From an uncultured Planctomycetales bacterium (GTDB taxonomy: Bacteria > Planctomycetota > Phycisphaerae > UBA1845 > PWPN01): a stretch of 18,409 nt of DNA. Shown one piece after another: positions 1-8,105 of the stretch. Location of the stretch: the NCBI GenBank assembly GCA_964642815.1, contig CAZXSA010000086.1, positions 1-18,409 of the forward strand, in the 5' to 3' direction. Each line of letters opens with the position of its first letter. Within the stretch, counting starts at the first letter, position 1. The notes beneath the pieces are model-generated. The model was not told the DNA's origin. It saw only the letters and a list, made by a program, of their open reading frames with translations, and ran no database searches. Both the position numbers and the translations under genes were made by a program.

Positions 1-411
1 CGGGTGCGGGCCGCCTCAGTTCTCTCAGAAGGAGGCAAGAGCATAAGGCCGATAGTCGGTTTTTTTGACAACTCGAGCATATCCCGGTTGCCATTATTTA
101 TAGATCGATACCCGACAATAATAAATATATCACAACATTCGATCAAAAGCAAGTAGAGATATGAACATTATTGTCGTGGCAAAGAACATCATTATTCTGT
201 TTTTCAGAATAATTAATGTATAGATATATTATATGAATAATTAGTTATATTGCAATGAGAATATGCCGACGCGTGTCGATTTCGTGTCGGAATTGCGTCA
301 GCAAGATTCGCAATATAACGACGAATTGCCTTGTCCAGCCGTGAATTGCTTTACTTGAGTGTCGCGTTAGATAACAATCCGGTCTTGTGGCGACCGTATT
401 TCGTTTAGGTC
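1..411. other. AT-rich non-coding leader upstream of purD (much lower GC than flanks)
   Basis: Dense A/T runs (e.g. 'ataataaatatatcacaac', 'tatagatatattatatgaataattagttatattg') in an otherwise GC-rich window. No ORF longer than 20 codons. Contains the inverted repeat at 191-213 and the mini-ORF at 161-223. Confidence 0.5.
191..213. repeat. Perfect 9-bp inverted repeat ATTATTCTG-ttttt-CAGAATAAT (hairpin or operator-like palindrome)
   Basis: Read directly: 'attattctg' (191-199), a 5-nt T loop, then 'cagaataat' (205-213). Confidence 0.6.
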
Positions 412-471
412 ATGGGCGGAGCGGGGAGCGATAGCTTAAAACTCCCGCCAAGGTCATTAAAACAGGGATTC

Positions 472-1746
472 ATGATGAAAGTATTATTAGTCGGCAGCGG
501 TGGTCGCGAACATGCAATCGCGTGGAAGCTTGCTCGTTCTTCGGGTTTGACCCGGATGTTTTTTGCGCCGGGTAACGCGGGGATGGCCGACCTTGGCGAT
601 TGCGTGCCGGTGCAGGCCGAGGATGTCGCCGCGGTGGTTCGTTTTGCCAAGCAGGAGAAAATGGATCTCGTGATCGTCGGGCCGGAGGATCCACTCTGTG
701 ACGGGATGGTGGACGCTCTGCAGGCCGCGGGTATCCGTGCGTTTGGACCTACGCAGGCCGCCGCCCGTCTGGAAGGGGACAAGGCTTTTGCCAAGGAAAT
801 GATGCGCCAGCGTTCGGTGCCGACCGGTGAAGCCCGCATATTTACGACCTTCCGCGATGCCAAGGCTTATGTGGCCAGTCGGGAAGGCGGCGTGGTGGTC
901 AAGGCCGCCGGTTTGGCCAAGGGCAAGGGCGTGGCGGTGTGCGATGACCCCGCCGACGCGATCCTGGCCTTGGAAAACATAATGGTTAAGCGCATCTACG
1001 GGACGGCCGGGGATAAAGTCGTCGTTGAGGAGAAACTCACCGGACCGGAAGTAAGCATTCTCGCCCTCGTTGACGGGCATACGATTTACGTGATGGACAG
1101 CGCTCAGGATCATAAGGCCATCGGCGAAGGCGACACCGGACCCAACACCGGCGGAATGGGGGCCTATTCGCCGACCCGATTAGTCAATGATCGATCCATG
1201 CACCAGATCGAATCGGAAATCCTCGTACCGATCATGGATGCCTTGCGCTCCGAGGGCGTGACGTATAAAGGTGTCTTGTATGCCGGACTGATGCTGACCG
1301 CGGCCGGCCCCAAGGTGCTTGAGTTTAATTGTCGATTCGGCGATCCGGAAATCCAACCTTTGTTGATGCGGTTGAAATCCGACCTGCTCGAGGTCTGCAT
1401 GGCCGTGGTCGAGGGCAAGCTGGATTCGATGACGCTCGAATGGGATCCACGCCCGGCCATCTGCGTGGTGATGGCCTCGGGTGGTTATCCCGGCGATTAC
1501 CAGAAAGGCAAACCGATTACCGGGCTGGCCGACGCCGGGGCGATGGAGGATGTAGTCGTCTTTCATGCGGGAACCAAGGCCCTTGGCAAGCAGGTCGTGA
1601 CCGCCGGTGGGCGGGTATTAGGCGTTACGGCCCTGGGCGACACGCTCGACGCCGCCGCCCGACGTTGCTACGCCGCGGTGGATAAGATTCATTTTGAAGG
1701 GGCCTATTGCCGCCGAGACATCGGCGCCAAGGCGATGAAGCCGTAG
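472..1746 (+). CDS. purD: Phosphoribosylamine--glycine ligase (GAR synthetase)
   Basis: 'MKVLLVGSGGREHAIAWKLA' is the canonical PurD N-terminus. ATP-grasp body follows (..GLAKGKGV.., ..EFNCRFGDPE..). The ORF track starts at 412, but the conserved PurD start is the ATG-ATG at 472 with a purine-rich stretch ('acaggga') 5-8 nt upstream. Confidence 0.9.
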   Translation: MMKVLLVGSGGREHAIAWKLARSSGLTRMFFAPGNAGMADLGDCVPVQAEDVAAVVRFAKQEKMDLVIVGPEDPLCDGMVDALQAAGIRAFGPTQAAARLEGDKAFAKEMMRQRSVPTGEARIFTTFRDAKAYVASREGGVVVKAAGLAKGKGVAVCDDPADAILALENIMVKRIYGTAGDKVVVEEKLTGPEVSILALVDGHTIYVMDSAQDHKAIGEGDTGPNTGGMGAYSPTRLVNDRSMHQIESEILVPIMDALRSEGVTYKGVLYAGLMLTAAGPKVLEFNCRFGDPEIQPLLMRLKSDLLEVCMAVVEGKLDSMTLEWDPRPAICVVMASGGYPGDYQKGKPITGLADAGAMEDVVVFHAGTKALGKQVVTAGGRVLGVTALGDTLDAAARRCYAAVDKIHFEGAYCRRDIGAKAMKP

Positions 1747-1897
1747 CCCGGATAATTCAACACGGAGACGCGGAGGTTGGCTTAAGTGATAAAGAACTGG
1801 AAAAGCTCCGACATCCGGCTTAAGGTAGCGGTATTCGTATCTGGATCAAACAATCAGACACTTGGCGACATAGGGGATCAATCAAAGGAGATACGGC

Positions 1898-3703
1898 ATG
1901 TGGCAATTAATCCTGAGTATCATTCTGGGAGTCGTGGGGGTAGCGCTGATCGTTCTCGGAGGCAAGTATCGTAAAGGCATCCATCAGATCGTGGATCACA
2001 ACCGCCGGATTAATCCGGTTTTGTATTTTGGATTGCCGCTTGGCGTGGTCTCGATTTTATTAGCGATTGTCCTGATTGTCTCCATTTCTTGCGTTTGGGT
2101 CGGTTCGGATGAGGTTGGCCATTTGACCCGTATTTACCTCGGCAAGTCGATGAAGCCGGGGCAGATTATCGCCTTTGAAGGGGAGAATGGACCGCAGGCT
2201 CGGGTGTTGGCTCCGGGGTTTCACTTTGAGTTCTTCATCCGCTTTACCCATAAGATCGACATGAGGAATCTGATTGAGGTTCAACCCGGCTACTGCGGGA
2301 AGCTATATGCCCGCGACGGTATTCCCCTGCGTGAAGAGCAGATTTTTGCCGACGAATGGCCGGCCGAGCAAATGGGCCAGATGCTTGATGCCACCTATTT
2401 TTTAAGTAATAAAGGCCAGAAAGGGCCGCAGTTGACCGTACTCAAACCGGGCAAGTACCGCCTGAACCTTTATTTGTGGGACGTCAATCCCAACGAGCGA
2501 GTCACCAATATCGAGCAGGGATTCGTCGGGGTGGTTAAATCCAACGCTCAACAGGTCCGGGATCAGAGCAGGACGGTCGATCCTTCACGAATCCCCCAGG
2601 GCACCAATCTGGTCGCCCAGCTTGTCCCCAAGGGCCATCGGGGAATCTGGGAGGAAACCCTGCCGCCTGGTCAGTATTACCTGAATACCGATGCGTTTAA
2701 TGTGACCCCTCTCGACACCAAGGTGCGCACGTGGACGTACGCGGGTGGTTTTACCCGGCGATATATCGATCTAAGCATCGATCAGGAGGGGGGCATTCAA
2801 CAAAAAGAACGAGTGGAGAAATTCGAGGTTCCTAAAAACGCCGTGGACATGGCCATTATCAATAAGATCGAGGGGTGGGAAGTCCCTCTCGATGTTCGCG
2901 TGCTGGTGCAGATCGAACCGCAGTTCGCCCCCTTCGTGGTGGCCTCGGTCGGCGGGATCGAGGAAGTTGAGACGAAGGTTTTGACTCCGACCATCCGAAG
3001 CGTGATTCGCAACGTATGCGGTGAGTTGGGCAAGGCCATGACGACGAGGGCTGACAGCAGTAAGGGCAAGGATGAGAAGATCGAGGAAAGCGTTAACTCG
3101 GTGCTCGACCTGATTGATAAGCGCGCCCAACTCGAGATCAAAGTCAAGGAACGAATCGCGCCGGAATGCCTCAAGGCCGGTTTCACCGTCAAGGAAGTGC
3201 GTTTCGGCGAGCCGGCGATCCCTCCCGAGCTGCTGGTGGCCCGCCTGCGACAGCAATTGGCTCAGCAGTTGAAGGAAACCTACAACCAGGAGCAGCAGGC
3301 CCAGATGCAGCGTATCCAGACCGAGAAGGCCCGGGCCGAGGCCGACCAGCAACCCATGCTGATCAAGGCGGAGATCGAAAAACAGGCGGCCGAGAAACGC
3401 AAGGAAACTCTCCGGCTGGAAGGCGAGGGCGAGAAAAACAAGCTGCTTGAAATCGCCGAGGGACAAAAGGCCCAGGTGGCCGTCCTGGGCGAGGAAAAAG
3501 TGTTGCAACTGGCCATGCTTGAGAAAATCCTCGAGGCGGCCCGGCAAAATCCCGAGATGGTCAAAGTACCTCATGTTCTGGTACAGGGAACCACCGGCGG
3601 TCTCGAGGGGGCGGCCGCCGTTCTGGGTAATAGCACCCTGACAACCGGTCTGCTGCAGAAAACCCTTGAGCCAAAGGGGGAAAACCCGAGGAAACAACCG
3701 TGA
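1898..3703 (+). CDS. SPFH/band-7 (prohibitin/HflKC/flotillin-like) membrane protein with a large internal insertion and a C-terminal coiled-coil
   Basis: Two N-terminal hydrophobic helices. SPFH start pattern 'VGSDEVGHLTRIYLGK...PGFHFEFFIRFTHKIDMRNLIEV'. SPFH end pattern 'AGFTVKEVRFGEPAIPPELLVARLRQQ'. Then an E/A/K/Q-rich coiled coil ('EKARAEADQQ...AEKRKETLRLEGEGEKNKLLEIAEGQKAQ'). AAGGAG RBS 7 nt before the ATG. Confidence 0.6.
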   Translation: MWQLILSIILGVVGVALIVLGGKYRKGIHQIVDHNRRINPVLYFGLPLGVVSILLAIVLIVSISCVWVGSDEVGHLTRIYLGKSMKPGQIIAFEGENGPQARVLAPGFHFEFFIRFTHKIDMRNLIEVQPGYCGKLYARDGIPLREEQIFADEWPAEQMGQMLDATYFLSNKGQKGPQLTVLKPGKYRLNLYLWDVNPNERVTNIEQGFVGVVKSNAQQVRDQSRTVDPSRIPQGTNLVAQLVPKGHRGIWEETLPPGQYYLNTDAFNVTPLDTKVRTWTYAGGFTRRYIDLSIDQEGGIQQKERVEKFEVPKNAVDMAIINKIEGWEVPLDVRVLVQIEPQFAPFVVASVGGIEEVETKVLTPTIRSVIRNVCGELGKAMTTRADSSKGKDEKIEESVNSVLDLIDKRAQLEIKVKERIAPECLKAGFTVKEVRFGEPAIPPELLVARLRQQLAQQLKETYNQEQQAQMQRIQTEKARAEADQQPMLIKAEIEKQAAEKRKETLRLEGEGEKNKLLEIAEGQKAQVAVLGEEKVLQLAMLEKILEAARQNPEMVKVPHVLVQGTTGGLEGAAAVLGNSTLTTGLLQKTLEPKGENPRKQP

Positions 3704-3780
3704 GCGACTCAGGAATAGGAATTAACGGGCGAAAAAGAGCCGATTTGCCCGAGGCATAAAAGAGGTATCGATGGGCTTGG

Positions 3781-5754
3781 ATGAGAGAGCCGGTAACGGT
3801 GTTGCCCATGAATTTCTTTGAAAGTCAGGATGTTGCTCGGAAGCAAACGGGGCGGCTGATTGTTTTATTCGCCCTGGCCGTTCTGGCCATCATGTGCATG
3901 GTCTATCTGGTCGTGGCCGGGGTGATTGTTTATCTCGGCGGACGCGAGTTCACCGCGGGTCGCCTGAATCTTTTTCATCCTCAGTTATTGGCTTATATCG
4001 GACTGGGCACCCTGACCATCGTGGGGCTGGGCAGCGTGTACAAAATCATCGAGCTACGTTCCGGCGGCGGCAAGGCGGTCGCCGAGGCGTTGGGCGGCCG
4101 ACTCGTCCTCTCGAACACCACCGTCCATGCCGAACGTCGATTGCTCAACGTGGTCGAGGAAATGGCAATCGCCTCCGGTACGCCCGTGCCTCCGGTATAT
4201 ATCCTGGAGGAGGATGGTATCAACGCCTTCGCCGCCGGCTATTCGCCGGCCGACGCGGTCGTGGCTGTCACCCGTGGTTGCGTCGAACAACTATCGCGGG
4301 ATGAATTGCAGGGTGTTGTCGCCCACGAGTTCAGTCACGTGTTCAACGGCGACATGCGTCTGAATATCCGCCTCATGGGTCTTTTGCACGGGATCCTCAT
4401 TATTGGAATGATCGGGTATTTTCTTCTGCGCTCGATAGGCAGCTCAACCCGGCATGCGCGGCGTTCCAGCCGTGGTAAAGGGGACGGCGGAATATTACTA
4501 GTTCTGGCCTTGGGAGCCGGACTGATGATCGTTGGTTACACAGGTACCTTTTTCGGTAAATTGATCAAGGCCGCGGTCAGCCGCCAGCGTGAATTTCTCG
4601 CCGATGCATCGGCCGTTCAGTTCACCCGCAATCCATCCGGGATCGCCGGGGCCTTGAAGCGGATCGGTGGATTCTCCCGGGGATCGCGACTGGAACACCC
4701 CAACGCCGAGCAGGCCAGCCACATGTTTTTCAGCCAGGGGTTTGCTACCTGGTTTGGTAACTTTTTCGCCACCCACCCGCCGCTGGCCGAACGAATTCGC
4801 CGGATCGAACCGGACTGGAGCGGAGAATTTGCCAAGGGTGAGCCGGCTCAAGCCAAGCCCGTCAAGCAAGATGCTTACGGGCAGGCGGTCCCGGCGGCTT
4901 TTGTCGGCGAGGCCAAGCCGGTCATCGGCCGTATTGGCCGACCCTCGGAGGCTCATATTCAATATGCCGGCCAGGTACTCAACGATTTGCCGGCACCGCT
5001 TGTTGCCGCGGCCCGCGACCCTTACAGCGTCCGAGCGGTTGTCTACGCTCTCCTGATTAACCGGCAGGCGGACATTCGTAACCATCAGATCGAATGGCTG
5101 GCCCAGTACGCCACCCCGGACGTGTATCAGACGACCTTGAAACTGCTCCCTTTGCTCGAGGGGCTGAAAAACAGCGACCGCCTGCCGCTGATTGATCTGA
5201 CCCTGCCGGCGTTGAAACAAATGTCGTCGGATCAGTACAAGGCGTTCAAGCGCAATTTCCTTGCCCTGGTCGAGGCGGACCGAAAAATCGAGTTGTTCGA
5301 GTGGATGCTGCAACGGCTGGTGCTGCGTAATCTGGAGGCTCATTTCACGCGCGGAGCCGCTCCGCCCCGGGCCATGTATTATGCCTTGCCGCGGCTGCGG
5401 GGCCATCTTGAGATCCTGCTCTCGTCCCTGGCCTATGTGGGGCAAAAAGATATTGAAAAGGCGAGGACTGCTTTTGAGGCCGGATTGGCATTCCTTGAAC
5501 TTACGGACATATCCCTGTGCCCCAAGGACCGCTGTGATCTGAAGGCCCTGGATACGGCCTTGGATGAGCTGGCCCGCTTATCGCCACCGCTCAAACTCAA
5601 GGTGCTCAAGGCCAGCGCGGCCTGTATCAATGCTGATAATCGCATCACCGACGCCGAAGCCGAGTTGTTCCGCGCCGCGGCGGACGCCTTGGGTTGCCCC
5701 GTACCTCCCCTGATCCCTAGCCACCCGGCGCATGGCGTGCGGAACGAGGCATGA
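3781..5754 (+). CDS. M48-family (HtpX-like) zinc metallopeptidase with a long C-terminal extension carrying TerB-like repeats
   Basis: N-terminal TM helices. 'NAFAAG...VAVTRGCVEQLSRDELQGVVAHEFSHVFNGDMRLN' holds the HExxH motif. A downstream 'REFLADASAVQF...THPPLAERIRRI' matches the third-ligand/M48 signature. C-terminal ~300 aa contain TerB-like helices ('..INADNRITDAEAELFRAAADALG'). Confidence 0.8.
   Translation: MREPVTVLPMNFFESQDVARKQTGRLIVLFALAVLAIMCMVYLVVAGVIVYLGGREFTAGRLNLFHPQLLAYIGLGTLTIVGLGSVYKIIELRSGGGKAVAEALGGRLVLSNTTVHAERRLLNVVEEMAIASGTPVPPVYILEEDGINAFAAGYSPADAVVAVTRGCVEQLSRDELQGVVAHEFSHVFNGDMRLNIRLMGLLHGILIIGMIGYFLLRSIGSSTRHARRSSRGKGDGGILLVLALGAGLMIVGYTGTFFGKLIKAAVSRQREFLADASAVQFTRNPSGIAGALKRIGGFSRGSRLEHPNAEQASHMFFSQGFATWFGNFFATHPPLAERIRRIEPDWSGEFAKGEPAQAKPVKQDAYGQAVPAAFVGEAKPVIGRIGRPSEAHIQYAGQVLNDLPAPLVAAARDPYSVRAVVYALLINRQADIRNHQIEWLAQYATPDVYQTTLKLLPLLEGLKNSDRLPLIDLTLPALKQMSSDQYKAFKRNFLALVEADRKIELFEWMLQRLVLRNLEAHFTRGAAPPRAMYYALPRLRGHLEILLSSLAYVGQKDIEKARTAFEAGLAFLELTDISLCPKDRCDLKALDTALDELARLSPPLKLKVLKASAACINADNRITDAEAELFRAAADALGCPVPPLIPSHPAHGVRNEA
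5540..5736 (+). repeat. Direct repeat copy A (3' end of the M48/TerB gene), ~94% identical to 7627-7810
   Basis: 'gaaggccctggatacggccttggatgagctggcccgcttatcgcc...gggttgccccgtacctccc' recurs at 7627-7810 with about 10 substitutions. Confidence 0.85.
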
Positions 5755-5759
5755 AGCAA

Positions 5760-5921
5760 GGGGATCGCATGATCAATGGTCGTGAAATAAAAGAACTGCG
5801 TCGATTTATTTCTACTTATTTCCTTGATTGACAGAGAATTACAAATAGTCTCCAATTATGTGCATCATAAGGCTCATAATTTGCCGATGGTCATAAAGGT
5901 CTATTTGGAAAGGGTTTACAA
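5760..5921 (+). promoter_or_regulatory. AT-rich putative promoter/operator region of the ATPase gene, with repeated TCATAA motifs and an ATTGACAGA direct repeat
   Basis: TCATAA at 5865, 5874 and 5891. ATTGACAGA at 5827-5835 and 5921-5929; the second copy contains the TTG start. The purine-rich stretch 'gaaaggg' ends 6 nt before the TTG. Confidence 0.35.
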
Positions 5922-7331
5922 TTGACAGATAACCATTTGGACACCCTTTTAGCTCCGTATAATCCCTGGTGGAAACTTGATAGCCAATGGGACGACGCCC
6001 TGCCCGATTATCAACGGCCGATTGTGGCCGAGGTGCTCGCCGACCTCCGCGACGTGCCCCAGATCATCTCCATTACTGGCCCCCGGCGAGTGGGCAAGAG
6101 TACCGCCGTCAAGCATGTCATCACCCACTTGATCAGCCGCCAGGCTATCGATCCGCGCCAAATCCTGTATTTCTCGTTTGATGATCCGGAACTGTTCGCG
6201 GATGAAACCCTGCAACGCCGGATTTTCGATCAACTGGTGGAACGCTTCGCGAGCCGCCCGCAACCCATCTATTTTTTTCTGGACGAAATCCAGCGCCTGC
6301 CGCGCTGGGAGCTGTACCTCAAAAAATCATATGACCTGAAACGTCCGATCCACTTTGTGGTCTCCGGCTCGGCCTCATCCCCGATATTTCGCAGCAGCCA
6401 GGAGACGCTCCTCGGCCGCATCAAGGACCGCCACCTGCTGCCTTTCAGCTTTCGCGAATACTGCCAGTATCGACTTCGTGGTCAGCCGGAGTTCGCATGT
6501 ATTCTCGCCGACCACGGCGGCCTCCGGCCGGCTCTGCTGGCCGGTGATGGCGCAGCGGCGGTAGATTGTGCCAATCGTTTACATGAAACCCTACGGCCCT
6601 TTCACCAGCAGATTACTCAGGCGGTGTTCGATTACTGCATGGAGGGCGGTTTCCCCGAGGTGTGGGCTCTCCCCGATCCTGTCCGCAAGATCGAATACCT
6701 CATGGAGCAGCAGGTACGCAAGGTGCTCTATGAGGATCTGATGATGCTGACCCAATACCGCAAGCCGGAAAACGTGCTGCGATTCTTCGTTTATCTGCTG
6801 GCCCACCCGGGCGTGGAAATCAATTCCACCAAGGTCTCTAAAGACATCGACGTGGAGCGGCGGGTGGTCGATGAAAATCTTCCACGCTTGGAATTGACCG
6901 ATCTGCTCCTGCGGCTCCAAAAATTCAGCCATCAGCCGCTGCGCGTGCGTAAAGGCAATATCAAGTGCTATCCTGTCGATCTGGCCTTGCGCAACGCCGT
7001 GTTGAAGACCTGGGGGATGCCCGATGCCGATGCCCTGGGGCTCTATGCGGAAAACTTGGTTATCCGCGAATTGAACGGTTGGCCGGAAAAGATCGAGATC
7101 AGCTACTTCCGCGAAAAAACGCGCGAGGTGGACTTCGTGTTTACCTATGCGGGCGACCGCCATTTGCCCATCGAGGTCAAGTCCCAGCCCCAGGAGGATA
7201 TCCCGCCCGGACTTAAGTATTTCATGAAGCGGTACAAGCTGCCGTTTGGATTGGTCGTCACGCGAGAAAAAACGGTCAGGTTCGAAGAGGTACTCTACCT
7301 GCCTTTGCGCTATTTTCTGCTGGGCGCATAG
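5922..7331 (+). CDS. COG1373-type AAA+ ATPase (AAA_14-like N-domain) with C-terminal DUF4143/PD-(D/E)xK-like nuclease motif
   Basis: Walker A 'ISITGPRRVGKST'. Walker B 'IYFFLDEIQRLP'. C-terminal 'EVDFVFTYAGDRHLPIEVKSQ' fits the D...(D/E)xK pattern. TTG start (5922-5924) with SD-like 'gaaaggg'. No in-frame ATG lies before the Walker A. Confidence 0.75.
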   Translation: MTDNHLDTLLAPYNPWWKLDSQWDDALPDYQRPIVAEVLADLRDVPQIISITGPRRVGKSTAVKHVITHLISRQAIDPRQILYFSFDDPELFADETLQRRIFDQLVERFASRPQPIYFFLDEIQRLPRWELYLKKSYDLKRPIHFVVSGSASSPIFRSSQETLLGRIKDRHLLPFSFREYCQYRLRGQPEFACILADHGGLRPALLAGDGAAAVDCANRLHETLRPFHQQITQAVFDYCMEGGFPEVWALPDPVRKIEYLMEQQVRKVLYEDLMMLTQYRKPENVLRFFVYLLAHPGVEINSTKVSKDIDVERRVVDENLPRLELTDLLLRLQKFSHQPLRVRKGNIKCYPVDLALRNAVLKTWGMPDADALGLYAENLVIRELNGWPEKIEISYFREKTREVDFVFTYAGDRHLPIEVKSQPQEDIPPGLKYFMKRYKLPFGLVVTREKTVRFEEVLYLPLRYFLLGA

Positions 7332-7443
7332 CAGAAGCCAGCTTGGTTCGCCGGTCTGAGCCGAAAAAACTCCGGCAATAACTCTCAACCGCCACAGCCC
7401 TCAGGCCGTGCCCTACCGGTAAGTAACGGGACGCAGTTCTTTT

Positions 7444-7606
7444 AATTGATCGTCAACTCGCCATTTTCGCGGGGCCAGAGTACCATGTGCCGGTCGTTGG
7501 GCATGATGCCGTAGGCGAGAATGCGCATGGGAAAGCGTTCGTGGGTCTGAGCCGGGGACGGTCTCGAAGGCCACATTATCGCCGGCCTTCTCGAAGAGCG
7601 GCAAAT
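7444..7606 (-). pseudogene. Frameshifted, doubly truncated HUH Y1 transposase remnant (IS200/RAYT-like)
   Basis: One minus-strand frame reads '..AQTHERFPMRILAYGIMPNDRHMVLWPRENGELTIN*'. Another reads 'LFEKAGDNVAFETV' just upstream. Together they resemble the RAYT/IS200 core ('..F.dd.D...FL..L.......R.l.AYclMPNH.HLl.....NL') with a frameshift between the two and a degenerate HUH triad. ORF-track ORF 7413..7604 covers part of it. Confidence 0.5.
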
Positions 7607-7625
7607 ATAGCCTTACCCATCTCCC

Positions 7626-7811
7626 ATGAAGGCCCTTGATACGGCCTTGGATGAGCTGGCCCGCTTATCGCCGCCGCTCAAATTCAAGGTGCTCAAGGCC
7701 AGTGCGGCCTGTATCAATGCTGATAATCGCATCACCGACACCGAAGCCGAGTTGTTCCGCGCCGTGGCGGATGCCTTAGGTTGCCCCGTCCCTCCCTTAC
7801 TTCCCGGCTAG
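7626..7811 (+). pseudogene. Orphan duplicate of the TerB-like C-terminus of the M48 peptidase gene (61-codon fragment)
   Basis: Translates to 'MKALDTALDELARLSPPLKFKVLKASAACINADNRITDTEAELFRAVADALGCPVPPLLPG'. This differs at 5 of 61 residues from the last ~60 aa of the 3781..5754 product. No SD. Stands alone. Confidence 0.6.
7627..7810 (+). repeat. Direct repeat copy B (partner of 5540-5736)
   Basis: Aligned by eye to copy A. About 10 mismatches over ~185 bp. Similarity ends after 'cctccc'. Confidence 0.85.
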
Positions 7812-8105
7812 GTTCAAAGCTGAAAAATAATCCGCGCCGACCAAGCGATTGTCCCCACGAAAAATCCCTACAGATGCCCCATTTTTCCTACTGATCGGCA
7901 AATTTTGCACAACTTTATTGGACCTACCAGGAAAGCCGGAAACCTCTACAGGACCAACCTCTACTGGGTCGATAGATAAGTGGGGATTATCGGACAGAAA
8001 ATTGTTCATTGTCGTTTTTTTAGGTCGAACGGGCCATGCAGGAAGCCGATAAGAATCCCGGTTGTTTTGAGAAAATGCGTAAACAGGTCAAACCGGGAAA
8101 AACTG

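Noticed and set aside
41-67. Possible rho-independent terminator (ccga-tag-tcgg then TTTTTTT) at the window start.
   Set aside because: The stem is only 4 bp. The T-run is real, but the hairpin is too weak to call without the upstream gene context.
161-223. 20-codon hydrophobic mini-ORF as a real small-protein or toxin gene.
   Set aside because: No convincing RBS, and the ORF is built largely from the palindrome. It is kept only as a speculative note in the findings, not as a feature.
300-470. ZTP (pfl) riboswitch upstream of purD.
   Set aside because: Only loose resemblance ('ggtcttgtggcga', 'cccgcc') to the remembered consensus. I cannot run a covariance model, so this is not called.
412-471. 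Upstream ATG (412) extending PurD by 20 residues ('MGGAGSDSLKLPPRSLKQGF').
   Set aside because: Conserved PurD proteins start at 'MKVL(L/V)(V/I)GSGGREHA'. The extension is non-conserved in character and would cover the GC-rich hairpin. ATG 472 is preferred.
487-1113. Long minus-strand ORF (208 aa) inside purD. Similar antisense ORFs occur at 2771-3697, 4498-5445, 6591-7388, 8277-9446, 11001-11714, 13091-13534 and 15418-16119.
   Set aside because: All lie entirely antisense to well-supported genes with recognisable motifs. Long antisense ORFs are expected in GC-rich DNA. None has an RBS or a recognisable domain.
7413-7604. 63-aa minus-strand ORF as an intact small gene.
   Set aside because: Only its first ~15 residues resemble anything (the RAYT N-region). 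The rest is out of frame relative to the transposase-like reading. It is treated as part of a frameshifted pseudogene.
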